From the NCBI GenBank assembly GCA_945861675.1, contig CAMAVY010000002.1, positions 1 to 64,000 of the forward strand: a stretch of 64,000 bases of DNA, read 5' to 3'. A model generated the notes under the pieces. It was not told the DNA's origin, ran no database searches, and saw only the letters and a program-made list of their open reading frames with translations. Made by a program: the position numbers and the translations under genes. This document shows, one piece after another, positions 50,532 through 59,481 of the stretch. Source of the stretch: Klebsiella pneumoniae. Its GTDB lineage: Bacteria; Pseudomonadota; Gammaproteobacteria; Pseudomonadales; Azotimanducaceae. Every line of letters starts with the position of its first letter. Position 1 is the stretch's first letter.

Positions 50532-51497
50532 ATGTCCGCACCGGACTGGCGACCCAGCGCAAGTCTTGGCGCGCTCCGTGCCCGGGCGGCCTTGCTTGCG
50601 TTGACGCGCACGTTCTTCGCGCAACGTGCCGTGCTTGAGGTCGAAACACCTCAGCTCGGCCATACGTCTGTGACTGAACCCGCGATCGAAAGTCTGACGG
50701 TGCCGTTCGGTCATACCATGCGTTATCTGCAGACGTCGCCCGAATACGCGATGAAGCGTCTGCTGGCCGCCGGCAGCGGTGACATTTATCAGGTGGCACG
50801 GGTGTTTCGTGCGGGTGAGGCGGGTCGCCGCCACAGTCCTGAGTTCACGTTGCTCGAGTGGTACCGCTGCGGATTCGACCTCGCTGCGCTCATCGATGAA
50901 ACGCTTGAATACATCTGTCATGCGCTGGGGCGTACGCCCGCCGTGCAGGTGTTCCGATATCACGATCTCCTGCGTGCGCGGATCGGCATCGACTTCGTCG
51001 CGAATACGGATGCTGAGTTGCGTGTTGCGTTGGCCAGGACGTTGGCGGGAACCCCCCCTGCGGCCCTGCTGCAGTTTGATCGCGCAGCCCTGCTGGACCT
51101 TGCGTATGACACTGCGTTGCGGCAGCTGAATGAAGGCATGCTCGTAGTGCGCGACTTTCCGCCAGCAGCGGCGGCGCTGGCGCGGTTGGCGGAAGACGCT
51201 GACGGCCGCGTTGTGGCGCAACGCTTCGAAGTGATTGTCGATGGGCTTGAGGTCGCCAACGGCTATTACGAATTGACGGACGCGGCCGAGCAGGCGAATC
51301 GATTTGCCGCCGACAATGCGCGTCGACTCGCGGCTGGACAGCCACAAATTGCGCCGGATGCGTTGCTGCTCGCAGCGTTGGCTGCGGGTTTGCCGGATTG
51401 CGCGGGTGTTGCCGTGGGCCTCGACCGTCTGCTGATGCTTAAGCTCGGTGCCGGGCACATCGCGGAAGTGCTGAGCTTCGACAGCGCGCGTGCGTGA
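50532..51497 (+). CDS. epmA: EF-P-lysine lysyltransferase (truncated LysRS paralog)
   Basis: Class II aaRS catalytic-core motifs without an anticodon-binding domain. Directly downstream of efp. Confidence 0.8.
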   Translation: MSAPDWRPSASLGALRARAALLALTRTFFAQRAVLEVETPQLGHTSVTEPAIESLTVPFGHTMRYLQTSPEYAMKRLLAAGSGDIYQVARVFRAGEAGRRHSPEFTLLEWYRCGFDLAALIDETLEYICHALGRTPAVQVFRYHDLLRARIGIDFVANTDAELRVALARTLAGTPPAALLQFDRAALLDLAYDTALRQLNEGMLVVRDFPPAAAALARLAEDADGRVVAQRFEVIVDGLEVANGYYELTDAAEQANRFAADNARRLAAGQPQIAPDALLLAALAAGLPDCAGVAVGLDRLLMLKLGAGHIAEVLSFDSARA

Positions 51498-51597
51498 GGC
51501 CGCGGAGCTGCCTGTGATGATGTCGCTGGCGGCGATGACCGACTCAGACGCGATGGTTACTTCGGGCCCGTTGAAGGACGCAGAAACAACGAGCGGG

Positions 51598-52437
51598 TCA
51601 GGCCGACCGCCGCAGGAGTGGCTGACCCATCTGCAGCGGCTGGCCGGTCGCCACGCCCTCAGCAAGTGTGTACTGCCCCTGCGGCAGACAAAGCACCACG
51701 GTCGAGCCCAGTTGGAAATGGCCAAGCTCGGCACCGCGTTGGAATGGAATGGGTGCCCGTGACGCAGACCACGATGGCCGCGGACCGTCGTGCCATACGG
51801 CACGGATGCCGGCAACGATCAACGCGCCCACCATCACAAGTGCCAGCGGACCGAAGGCCGTCTGCAGCTCGCACACCAGCCGCTCGTTACGTGCGAACAA
51901 TCCAGGCACGCCTGCTTCGGTGCGTGGATTCACAGAGAACAGTTCACCAGGCACGTAGCGCGCCGCTGTCAGCGTGCACGCTTCTGGCGTGTGCACACGG
52001 TGATAGTCCCGCGGCGCCAGATAGATGGTGACGAAGTAGCCGCCGGCGAACTCGCGTGCGTAGTCAGCATTTGCCAGCAGTGTGGCCGCCGAGTAGCGAT
52101 GTCCCTTTGCCTGTACCAGCGCGCCTGCTTCCAGTTTGCCGTGTTGTCCCAGCCGGCCGTCCGACGGACTGACGATCACATCTGGCGCAGCGGCCACCGT
52201 TCGAGCACCGGGCCGGAGGGCGCGAGTAAAGAAGTCATTGAAACTTGTGTAGTCCGACAGCGCGACGCGGTCTGCCTCCAGCATGTTCACGCCATAGGCT
52301 TTCGCGAACGCATCGATGGCATAGCGTGCAAACGGTGCCAGCACGCCGCTGTGGGTTGAGCACTCGGCGGCCATGCCAACAAGGCGCGACAACCCGTGCT
52401 TGGGCAACACATGCTGCAGAACAATGAAGGGGTCCAT
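51598..52437 (-). CDS. psd: phosphatidylserine decarboxylase proenzyme
   Basis: LGST self-cleavage motif (FQLGSTVV). Length ~280 aa. Confidence 0.85.
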   Translation of the reverse strand: MDPFIVLQHVLPKHGLSRLVGMAAECSTHSGVLAPFARYAIDAFAKAYGVNMLEADRVALSDYTSFNDFFTRALRPGARTVAAAPDVIVSPSDGRLGQHGKLEAGALVQAKGHRYSAATLLANADYAREFAGGYFVTIYLAPRDYHRVHTPEACTLTAARYVPGELFSVNPRTEAGVPGLFARNERLVCELQTAFGPLALVMVGALIVAGIRAVWHDGPRPSWSASRAPIPFQRGAELGHFQLGSTVVLCLPQGQYTLAEGVATGQPLQMGQPLLRRSA

Positions 52438-52438
52438 G

Positions 52439-53269
52439 CTACGGGCCGCTCTGCACGGGCGTGTCGGGGCGGTTACCCCACTCAGACCATGAGCCGTCGT
52501 AGGCGCGGATATTCATGTCGAGCAGGCGACCGACCAGATACGTCAGGCCGGACCGATGATGCGTCTGACAATGCGTAATGATTTCGCTGTCGCGGCGCAG
52601 GCCACGTGCGTTGAGCAGCTCGCGCAGATCGGTGCGCAGGCGCAGCGCGCGATCGGCATCCATCAGCTCCAGCCAATCCAGGTTGATTGCGCCGGGAATT
52701 CGCCCGGCCCGCGCAGAGCCGCTGCGCTCGCCGCGGTGCTCCGGCGCAGATCGCGCGTCCCAGATCTGCACATCAGCGTCGCTGTGTCGTTGCAGCAGCT
52801 CGTCGATCAACACGCGTGGCCCTGGCTGCGCGTTCAGCGCGACCTGTGTTGGGGACCGCTGCGGCACCTGGGTGCTGAGCGGTGCGCCGACGTCGAGCCA
52901 CGCGTGCAGGCCGCCGTTCAGATAGCTCCAACGCGTATGACCGATGACTTCAAGCGTCCAGATCAGCCGGCCAGCCCAGCCGCCGCCTTCATCGTCGTAG
53001 GCAATGACCCAGGTTTCGGGAGTAAGGCCCAGCTGGCCGAACAACGCAGCAAGCCGATCAGACGCGGGCAGCATGCCGACGGCTGGCCGGGTTCCGGCTA
53101 CGAGCTGCATCGGTTCTACGTGCAGCGCGCCTTCAATGTGCCCGTTGGCGTAGGTCTGCCCCTGGCAAAGGTCAAGAATGAGCACGTCGCCCCAGCCGCC
53201 CTGTGGGCGATTCGCCATCCGGGCGCGCAGATCTTCAGGTTCGAGCAGACGCGGGAATTCGATAGGCAT
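52439..53269 (-). CDS. tandem-rhodanese sulfurtransferase
   Basis: Two rhodanese domains. Catalytic Cys loop CQTHHRSG in the second. Stop 1 nt before the psd start (operon). Confidence 0.7.
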   Translation of the reverse strand: MPIEFPRLLEPEDLRARMANRPQGGWGDVLILDLCQGQTYANGHIEGALHVEPMQLVAGTRPAVGMLPASDRLAALFGQLGLTPETWVIAYDDEGGGWAGRLIWTLEVIGHTRWSYLNGGLHAWLDVGAPLSTQVPQRSPTQVALNAQPGPRVLIDELLQRHSDADVQIWDARSAPEHRGERSGSARAGRIPGAINLDWLELMDADRALRLRTDLRELLNARGLRRDSEIITHCQTHHRSGLTYLVGRLLDMNIRAYDGSWSEWGNRPDTPVQSGP

Positions 53270-53416
53270 CCGGTTATTCGTCGGTCAGCGGGAGGCGGCG
53301 GATTCTGGCAGGCGACGGGTTGTAATGGCACCAGGACGGAAGGCGGGCTGCGATGCGATGGCGTTCGCTATGCTGTTCGGGTCCACCTCCGCAACTTGAG
53401 CAGTGCCTCCTCGATC

Positions 53417-54025
53417 ATGGCTTCCGACGCTTCTGCCTCCAACGTGTCCGCCGCCGGTCCGCCAGCAGGTCTCCCTGTGGGTGGGCCTTCGGGCGCCAAT
53501 CTGGTCTGGATCGATCTGGAGATGACCGGGCTGGACCCGGAGCAGAACGTGATCATTGAGATTGCCAGCATCGTGACCGACGGTGAGTTGAACGTGCTGG
53601 CCGAGGGCCCGGTGTTTGCGATCGCGCAGCCCGAGTCCGCGCTGGCTCTGATGGACGACTGGAACACCAGGCATCACAACGCATCGGGGCTGGTTGCGCG
53701 TGTACGGGCGAGTACCGTAGACACGGCCGCGGCCGAGCAGCAGACCTTGGCGTTTCTTCAACTGCATTGCCTGCCCGGTAGTTCGCCGCTGTGTGGCAAC
53801 AGCATTGGTCAGGACCGCCGCTTCCTGTTTCGCTACATGCCGCTGCTGGAGCAGTTTTTCCACTACCGGAGCATTGATGTCAGCACCGTGAAGGAACTGG
53901 CGCGGCGATGGCGGCCCGATGTGCTCGCTGGTGTGCGTAAGCAGGCCAAGCACCTGGCGCTGGACGACATCCGCGAGTCGATCGCCGAATTGCAGCATTA
54001 CCGGCAGACGTTCTTTCGCGGCTAA
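53417..54025 (+). CDS. orn: oligoribonuclease
   Basis: DEDDh exonuclease motifs ([11 protein letters not shown] ... H). ~200 aa. The track ORF 52556-54025 is a long upstream-open frame; ATG chosen at 53417. Confidence 0.85.
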   Translation: MASDASASNVSAAGPPAGLPVGGPSGANLVWIDLEMTGLDPEQNVIIEIASIVTDGELNVLAEGPVFAIAQPESALALMDDWNTRHHNASGLVARVRASTVDTAAAEQQTLAFLQLHCLPGSSPLCGNSIGQDRRFLFRYMPLLEQFFHYRSIDVSTVKELARRWRPDVLAGVRKQAKHLALDDIRESIAELQHYRQTFFRG

Positions 54026-54026
54026 T

Positions 54027-54090
54027 CGCTTTTGTCAGGAAGAGCCGCTTTTGTCAGGAAGAGCCGCTTTTGTCAGGAAGAGCCGCTTCT
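54027..54090. repeat. 19-bp tandem repeat x3.3 (CGCTTTTGTCAGGAAGAGC) between convergent orn and queG, overlapping the queG stop
   Basis: Three perfect copies at 54027-54083 plus a degenerate fourth copy. Confidence 0.8.
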
Positions 54091-55173
54091 GTTATCGAGC
54101 GCCCACTCGCAATGTTCGCGGACGAGCGCGGACGCGTTCGCCGCGCGCACCCGCAAGGCGTGGTCTATTGCTTCCGAGGCGGGCGCATTGCCCAGCGCCA
54201 CTGCGATGTTGCGCTGCCATTGTTCGTAACTCAGACGACGGATGGGCGAACCCACTGAACGCTGCTCAAAGTCCTCCGCGCTCCAGCTGAAGAGTTGCAG
54301 CAACGTCACCTGATCCAGGCCATTCTGAGACGCGAATTCACCCAGCGCGGGTCGTTTGGCGAAACGATTCCAGGGGCAGACCAACTGGCAGTCGTCGCAA
54401 CCGAAGATGCGGTTGCCCATCATGCTGCGCAGTTCCACTGGAATGCTGCCGGTGAATTCGATGGTCAGATAGGAAATGCATCGTCGCGCGTCCAGTTGCC
54501 TTGGCCCCACGAATGCCTTGGTGGGGCACACGTCCAGGCACGCTGAACACTTGCCGCAGTGCTCGCGTACGGTCGGCGAATCCAGCGGTAACGGCAGGTC
54601 GGTCAGCAGTACGCCAAGGAAGAACCATGAACCGGCGTGGCGATTCAGGATAAGCGTGTTCTTGCCGAACCAGCCCAGCCCTGCGCGTTCCGCCAGTGCC
54701 TTTTCCAGTACCGGCGCGCTATCCACGCAGGCGCGAAACCCACCGTGGCCCACGTGGCGGTTGATCTGATTCGCAAGACGCGCGAGCCGAGGTCGCATCA
54801 CCCGGTGATAGTCACGTCCAAGCGCATAGCGTGACACGTAGGCCTGCTCCGGTGCCTTCAGCACCTGCACAGGGAGTGTGTCGGCGTGCAGATAGTCCAT
54901 GCGCACCACGACAGCCCGCTGCGCGTTCGCCAGTAGCGACGATGGCCGCGCGCGTAGCGGCAGCTGTGTCGCCAGGTAATCCATCTCACCGTGATGACCC
55001 GCGGCAAGCCACTGCTGCAGGTGCTCGAGGTGCGGTGCGAGCTCAAGATCCGTGATGCGGGTTTCGTTGAAGCCAAGCTCGTGACTCCACTGCTCAATAC
55101 GCTGCCGCAGATCATGCGGGTCGATTCCGGCTGCAGTGGCTGAGGTGGTGGCTGGTGCGACTGGCTCGATCAT
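54073..55173 (-). CDS. queG: epoxyqueuosine reductase
   Basis: Two 4Fe-4S ferredoxin motifs (CGKCSACLDVCP, CDDCQLVCPWN) and a cobalamin-binding region. ATG at 55171-55173. Confidence 0.8.
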   Translation of the reverse strand: MIEPVAPATTSATAAGIDPHDLRQRIEQWSHELGFNETRITDLELAPHLEHLQQWLAAGHHGEMDYLATQLPLRARPSSLLANAQRAVVVRMDYLHADTLPVQVLKAPEQAYVSRYALGRDYHRVMRPRLARLANQINRHVGHGGFRACVDSAPVLEKALAERAGLGWFGKNTLILNRHAGSWFFLGVLLTDLPLPLDSPTVREHCGKCSACLDVCPTKAFVGPRQLDARRCISYLTIEFTGSIPVELRSMMGNRIFGCDDCQLVCPWNRFAKRPALGEFASQNGLDQVTLLQLFSWSAEDFEQRSVGSPIRRLSYEQWQRNIAVALGNAPASEAIDHALRVRAANASALVREHCEWALDNRSGSS

Positions 55174-55297
55174 TGTGGCATCGGAAACTGTTCGGCGGGG
55201 TGAGCCTTGGTTGGGCCATGCGAATACGCACGTCGATACGCCGCATCGCAAAGTGCGAACGATATACTCGCGCGCTTGCTTGAAGTGAGTTCTTCCG

Positions 55298-57013
55298 TTG
55301 CCGCAACTGCTTCGCAATGTTGATTCCCCGTTGTTGCTCTCTGCGGCAGCTGTGCGCGCGGTCGAACGCGTGATGATCGACGCACACGGCGTACCCGGCA
55401 TCGTGTTGATGAAGCGTGCCGGTCGGGCCCTGTTTGAGCGTGTCGTTGCACGTGGCGCGCGAGCCGTGTGTGTATTTTGCGGGTCGGGCAACAACGCAGG
55501 TGATGGTTATGTGGTCGCCGGGCTTGCGCACCTTGCGGGGCTGAATGTGCAGGCGTTGCAGGTAGGTGATGCGCGCAAGTTGCCCGCAGATGCGGCGACC
55601 GCGTTGGCATGGGCGCGCGCCGCAGGTGTGCCGGTTAACGACTGGGACACAGGCGTCGACAGCGAACAGGCACGCTTCGTTGCGGCGTCCGATGTGATCG
55701 TCGATGCGCTTCTGGGCACGGGCTTTGTCGCCCCATTGCGCGCGCAGTACGTCGCGGCGATCGACGCGATCAACCGCGCCTCGGCGAATCGATCTGCCTT
55801 GCTGGAGCGTTCGGCCGGCCTCACGGTCATCGCTGCAGATGTCCCATCGGGCTTGCTGGTCGATGCGGGCGCAGCTGCAGAGGCGGTCGTGCGGGCCGAT
55901 GAAACGGTGACGTTCATTGCGACCAAGCCTGGGCTGCTGACAGGGCGCGGCCCTGAGTTCTGCGGTCAGATCTATCTGGCGGCACTGGCGGTGCCGGATG
56001 CGTTGTGCTCGCGCGTCGCTGTTGAAATGGGCGGCGAAGTCGGTGCCGCACTCGGTGCTGCACTCGGTGCAAAGAGCGCGAGCGGAACTGACGAACTGCA
56101 GATGCCCAGCGCGTCCGATGTCACGAACCTCGCGCCGATGGCGCGTGTCTTCTGGCGCGCAGAACAGGCAGTTCCGCGCCGCCGCCGCGACGCGCACAAA
56201 GGTGATTCGGGGCATGTGCTGGTGTTGGGTGGTGCGCCTGGAATGGGTGGTGCCGTGATGCTGACATCCGAAGCCGCGTTGCGTTGTGGCGCGGGCCTGG
56301 TCAGTGTTGGGTGTGCCCTTGAGCATGCGCCAGCGCTGTTGGCCCGGCGCCCTGAAGTGATGGTCAGGGGCATCACGCTCGACTCCCGCACACAGGCAGC
56401 CAGCACGCACGAGGAAAGTCTGGCCGATGTACTGGCGAAGCTGCTGCGCCGTGCCACGGTTGTCGCGATTGGTCCGGGGCTTGGTCAGGATGAGTTCGGC
56501 CGAGCACTGCTGGCGTGCGCACTGTCAGCACAGCTGCCGATGGTGCTCGATGCAGATGCGTTGAACCTGATGGCGGTCGGGTTTGCTGCCTGGCCTACGG
56601 ATACGGTCATTACGCCTCATCCGGCCGAAGCTGCGCGAATTCTCGGCGTGAGCACCGCCGAGGTCCAACAGGATCGATTGGCCGCGGCGCGCGCGCTGTG
56701 CAGGCACACGGGCGCCGTTGTCGTGCTCAAAGGCGCAGGAACGGTCGTATGTGATGGTCGACGACTGCGCATATGTACTGACGGCAACCCTGGCATGGCG
56801 GTCGCCGGGATGGGTGATGTGCTGACGGGCGTCATCGCAGCACAACTTGCCCAGGGCGTAGGCGCGTTTGATGCGGCGGTGCATGGCGTTTGCGCGCATG
56901 CGCGCGCGGGCGATCTGGCCATTGCCGACGGTGAGCGCGGCTTGCTCGCGAGTGACCTGTTTTCGTGGTTACGGCGCTTGTGCAACGGTCGTGGTGAAGG
57001 TGAAGGCGTATGA
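55298..57013 (+). CDS. nnr: bifunctional NAD(P)H-hydrate epimerase/dehydratase
   Basis: YjeF_N (GSGNNAGDG) and YjeF_C carbohydrate-kinase-like (GPGLG...GMGDVL) domains. Coordinates taken from the ORF track (hand-indexing placed the same TTG/MPQLLRN codon at ~55289). Stop overlaps the tsaE start (ATGA). Confidence 0.8.
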   Translation: MPQLLRNVDSPLLLSAAAVRAVERVMIDAHGVPGIVLMKRAGRALFERVVARGARAVCVFCGSGNNAGDGYVVAGLAHLAGLNVQALQVGDARKLPADAATALAWARAAGVPVNDWDTGVDSEQARFVAASDVIVDALLGTGFVAPLRAQYVAAIDAINRASANRSALLERSAGLTVIAADVPSGLLVDAGAAAEAVVRADETVTFIATKPGLLTGRGPEFCGQIYLAALAVPDALCSRVAVEMGGEVGAALGAALGAKSASGTDELQMPSASDVTNLAPMARVFWRAEQAVPRRRRDAHKGDSGHVLVLGGAPGMGGAVMLTSEAALRCGAGLVSVGCALEHAPALLARRPEVMVRGITLDSRTQAASTHEESLADVLAKLLRRATVVAIGPGLGQDEFGRALLACALSAQLPMVLDADALNLMAVGFAAWPTDTVITPHPAEAARILGVSTAEVQQDRLAAARALCRHTGAVVVLKGAGTVVCDGRRLRICTDGNPGMAVAGMGDVLTGVIAAQLAQGVGAFDAAVHGVCAHARAGDLAIADGERGLLASDLFSWLRRLCNGRGEGEGV

Positions 57014-57564
57014 CGCGCAGCGAACGCGCAGCCGCCTCTGACACTCAACTGAAGGCCCTGTGCCTTTGCGTTCAGGACGAACATGCGATGGTGCAGTTCG
57101 GACGTGTATTGGCTGGTGCGCTGACGGGTACCGAGTACGTTGCGCTGTATGGTCCGCTGGGCGCGGGCAAGACCACGCTGGCACGCGCGCTGTTGCGTGC
57201 GGCGGGCCATGGCGGTCCGGTGCGCAGCCCGACGTTCACACTTGTGGAACCCTATGAGCTGCAGGCGTTCACAGTGCTGCATCTGGACCTCTATCGTCTG
57301 GCGGCAGCCGAAGAGCTTGAATGGCTTGGTGTGCGCGACCAGTTTGGCGACGTGGTGCTGCTGATTGAGTGGCCCGAGCGTGGCGAAGGCTGGCTGCCGA
57401 TGGCAGACCTCGAACTGCGTCTGGACTTCAAACAATCGACAGCAGGTGCGGATGAAAGCGATGGGCGTGTGTTGGTTGCCACGGCACGTTCAGCAAAGGG
57501 CGAGGCCATCCTGGCGAAACTCATCCAGGCGACCGATCAAATTGCCGCAGCGTCGGCAGGCTGA
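57010..57564 (+). CDS. tsaE: tRNA threonylcarbamoyladenosine biosynthesis protein TsaE
   Basis: P-loop GPLGAGKTT. ~180 aa. Conserved position after nnr (yjeF-yjeE). Confidence 0.8.
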   Translation: MTRSERAAASDTQLKALCLCVQDEHAMVQFGRVLAGALTGTEYVALYGPLGAGKTTLARALLRAAGHGGPVRSPTFTLVEPYELQAFTVLHLDLYRLAAAEELEWLGVRDQFGDVVLLIEWPERGEGWLPMADLELRLDFKQSTAGADESDGRVLVATARSAKGEAILAKLIQATDQIAAASAG

Positions 57565-57627
57565 ACAAGAATCGTGACGGTGCAGAGTGAACAGACGCAG
57601 CGAGAACCAACGCGACGGCGAAAACTA

Positions 57628-59478
57628 ATGGCTACGGCGATTGCGACAGGAGGCGGCCTGATGAGTATTCGGCGTGTCAGCTTGGCGCAACTGCGGTGCC
57701 TGCGCGGGCTGATGATTGTGGCGCTGCTACCGCTTGCGCAGATTGTCTGGGCTGCAGAAGTGCAGTCGGTGCGCATCAGCAGCACGTCAGCGGCCACGCG
57801 CGTGGTGTTCGATGTCTCGAAGGCCGTGCAATACGAGGTCACGACCCTCGATAACCCGCTGCGGATTGTCATCGATATGCGCGACACCGAGCTCGGCAAG
57901 CGCACCGATCCACAGCGTTTGCGGATCGCCGGAACGCCGGTGAGTTCCGTACGCAGTGCGCACCAGCCTGACGGTTCTCTGCGGTGGGTGCTGGAACTGC
58001 GGGCCGCTGCGACAACACGCAGCTTCGCGTTGCCGCCAGTAGTGCCCTATGGCCATCGTCTGGTGCTGGATCTGTTGCCGGCGAGGGCCGGCGCGCAGCC
58101 AGTCTCGGCGATGATGCGCGCAACCACGGTGCCCGTGCTCGCGTCGCGCGCTGTGGGGTCGGCGGCGGTGGCTCAGCCGGCAGTGCAACCCGCTACACAG
58201 CCGGCTACACAGCCAAGTGGTGCTGTTGCGGCGACTGCTCCGCGTGCGCCGATTGCGACACCTGCTGCTGCAAGGCCTGCTGCTGCAGCACCTGCTGAGG
58301 GCATCAAGGCGTCGGCGTCGATTCCGGCGACTGCGAGAGTGCCCACGGAAACAGCGCCGGCTGCACCGCCCGTCGCGTCGTCACAGGTGCCCGCCGATCG
58401 ATCACCTCCGAAAGAAGCGCCGGCTGCGCCGTCGTCGGCAGCGCGCACTGCGCGCCCAACGGGACCGTGGCCGGCCGGCCCTGTCGGGTCGCCGATCGTG
58501 TTTGCAATCGATGCTGGCCACGGTGGTCAGGACCCCGGCGCGCTCGGGCCAGACGGTGTGCGCGAGAAGGACGTTGTGCTGGCAACAGCCAAGCGGCTGG
58601 CCGAGTTCATCAATGCTGAGCCAGGCTTCAAAGCGATCCTGACCCGCACAGGCGACTACTTCATTCCATTACGCGAGCGGCCACGACTGGCGCGTGCAGC
58701 GGGCGCGCATTTTTTTGTGTCGGTACACGCTGATGCGCACAGCAACACCGATGCACGCGGTGCGTCGGTCTACGCGCTCTCGGAACGCGGCGCTACCAGT
58801 GAAACAGCCAAGTGGCTCGCTGAACGCGAGAACAATTCCGATCTTGTAGGCGGCGTGAGTCTCGACAACAAGGATCGGGTGCTCGCAGAGGTGCTGCTGG
58901 ATCTGTCGATGACCGCCAGCCTGACCGAGAGTCTTGAGCTTGGCAGTCTTGTGCTCAGCGAGCTCAAGGAACTCACCCATCTGCATAGCCGGCGCGTTGA
59001 GCAGGCCGGCTTCATGGTGCTGAAGTCCCCTGACATTCCCTCGATCCTGATTGAGACCGGCTACGTGTCCAACCCGATCGAAGCCAGCAAACTGGCCAAT
59101 CCCGAGTATCGCGAGAAGCTCGCGCGCGCGATCTTTCGTGGGTTGACGGCGCAAGCGCTGCGGCGGCCGCCGCAAGGTACGTCGGTCGCATTGCGCGGCC
59201 GGGACCAACCTGCGAACGGTGTCCAGGCTTCCTCGACGGGTGTCGAGGCCTCATTCACAGCCTCATCCGCAGGAGGAGGTGATGCGGGATCGAGGCCTGC
59301 GCTTGCGAGCGTGGACTCGAACCGCGCCTACGTTGTCGCAGCCGGTGACACGCTGCGCACGATTGCCGAGCGCTTCGGCGTGTCGCAGCGCATGATTCGT
59401 CGGCTGAACGCCCTGCGTACCGATCGCGTGCGCGTGGGACAGACATTGCGTCTCCCACGGGCACGCGGTGAGAGCTGA
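57628..59478 (+). CDS. amiC: N-acetylmuramoyl-L-alanine amidase (AmiB/AmiC type) with C-terminal LysM
   Basis: Amidase_3 domain (IDAGHGGQDPGA). Ala/Pro/Thr-rich linker with QPAT repeats. C-terminal LysM (YVVAAGDTLRTIAERFGVS). Possible Tat-like signal (SIRRVSLA). The ORF is open upstream to 57574 (GTG). Confidence 0.8.
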   Translation: MATAIATGGGLMSIRRVSLAQLRCLRGLMIVALLPLAQIVWAAEVQSVRISSTSAATRVVFDVSKAVQYEVTTLDNPLRIVIDMRDTELGKRTDPQRLRIAGTPVSSVRSAHQPDGSLRWVLELRAAATTRSFALPPVVPYGHRLVLDLLPARAGAQPVSAMMRATTVPVLASRAVGSAAVAQPAVQPATQPATQPSGAVAATAPRAPIATPAAARPAAAAPAEGIKASASIPATARVPTETAPAAPPVASSQVPADRSPPKEAPAAPSSAARTARPTGPWPAGPVGSPIVFAIDAGHGGQDPGALGPDGVREKDVVLATAKRLAEFINAEPGFKAILTRTGDYFIPLRERPRLARAAGAHFFVSVHADAHSNTDARGASVYALSERGATSETAKWLAERENNSDLVGGVSLDNKDRVLAEVLLDLSMTASLTESLELGSLVLSELKELTHLHSRRVEQAGFMVLKSPDIPSILIETGYVSNPIEASKLANPEYREKLARAIFRGLTAQALRRPPQGTSVALRGRDQPANGVQASSTGVEASFTASSAGGGDAGSRPALASVDSNRAYVVAAGDTLRTIAERFGVSQRMIRRLNALRTDRVRVGQTLRLPRARGES

Positions 59479-59481
59479 GCG

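Noticed and set aside
50277-51815. 512-aa ORF antisense to epmA/efp region; 55112-56410 (-) antisense to nnr; 56617-57435 (-); 59263-60048 (-); 60082-60843 (-); 60898-61815 (-) antisense to mutL/miaA
   Set aside because: All lie opposite well-supported conserved genes and show GC-artefact composition.
52556-53416. Long upstream-open part of the ORF that contains orn (track 52556-54025, 489 aa)
   Set aside because: Overlaps the rhodanese gene on the opposite strand. Oligoribonuclease homology starts only at ~53417 (MASDAS...[11 protein letters not shown]). The upstream portion is a non-coding open frame.
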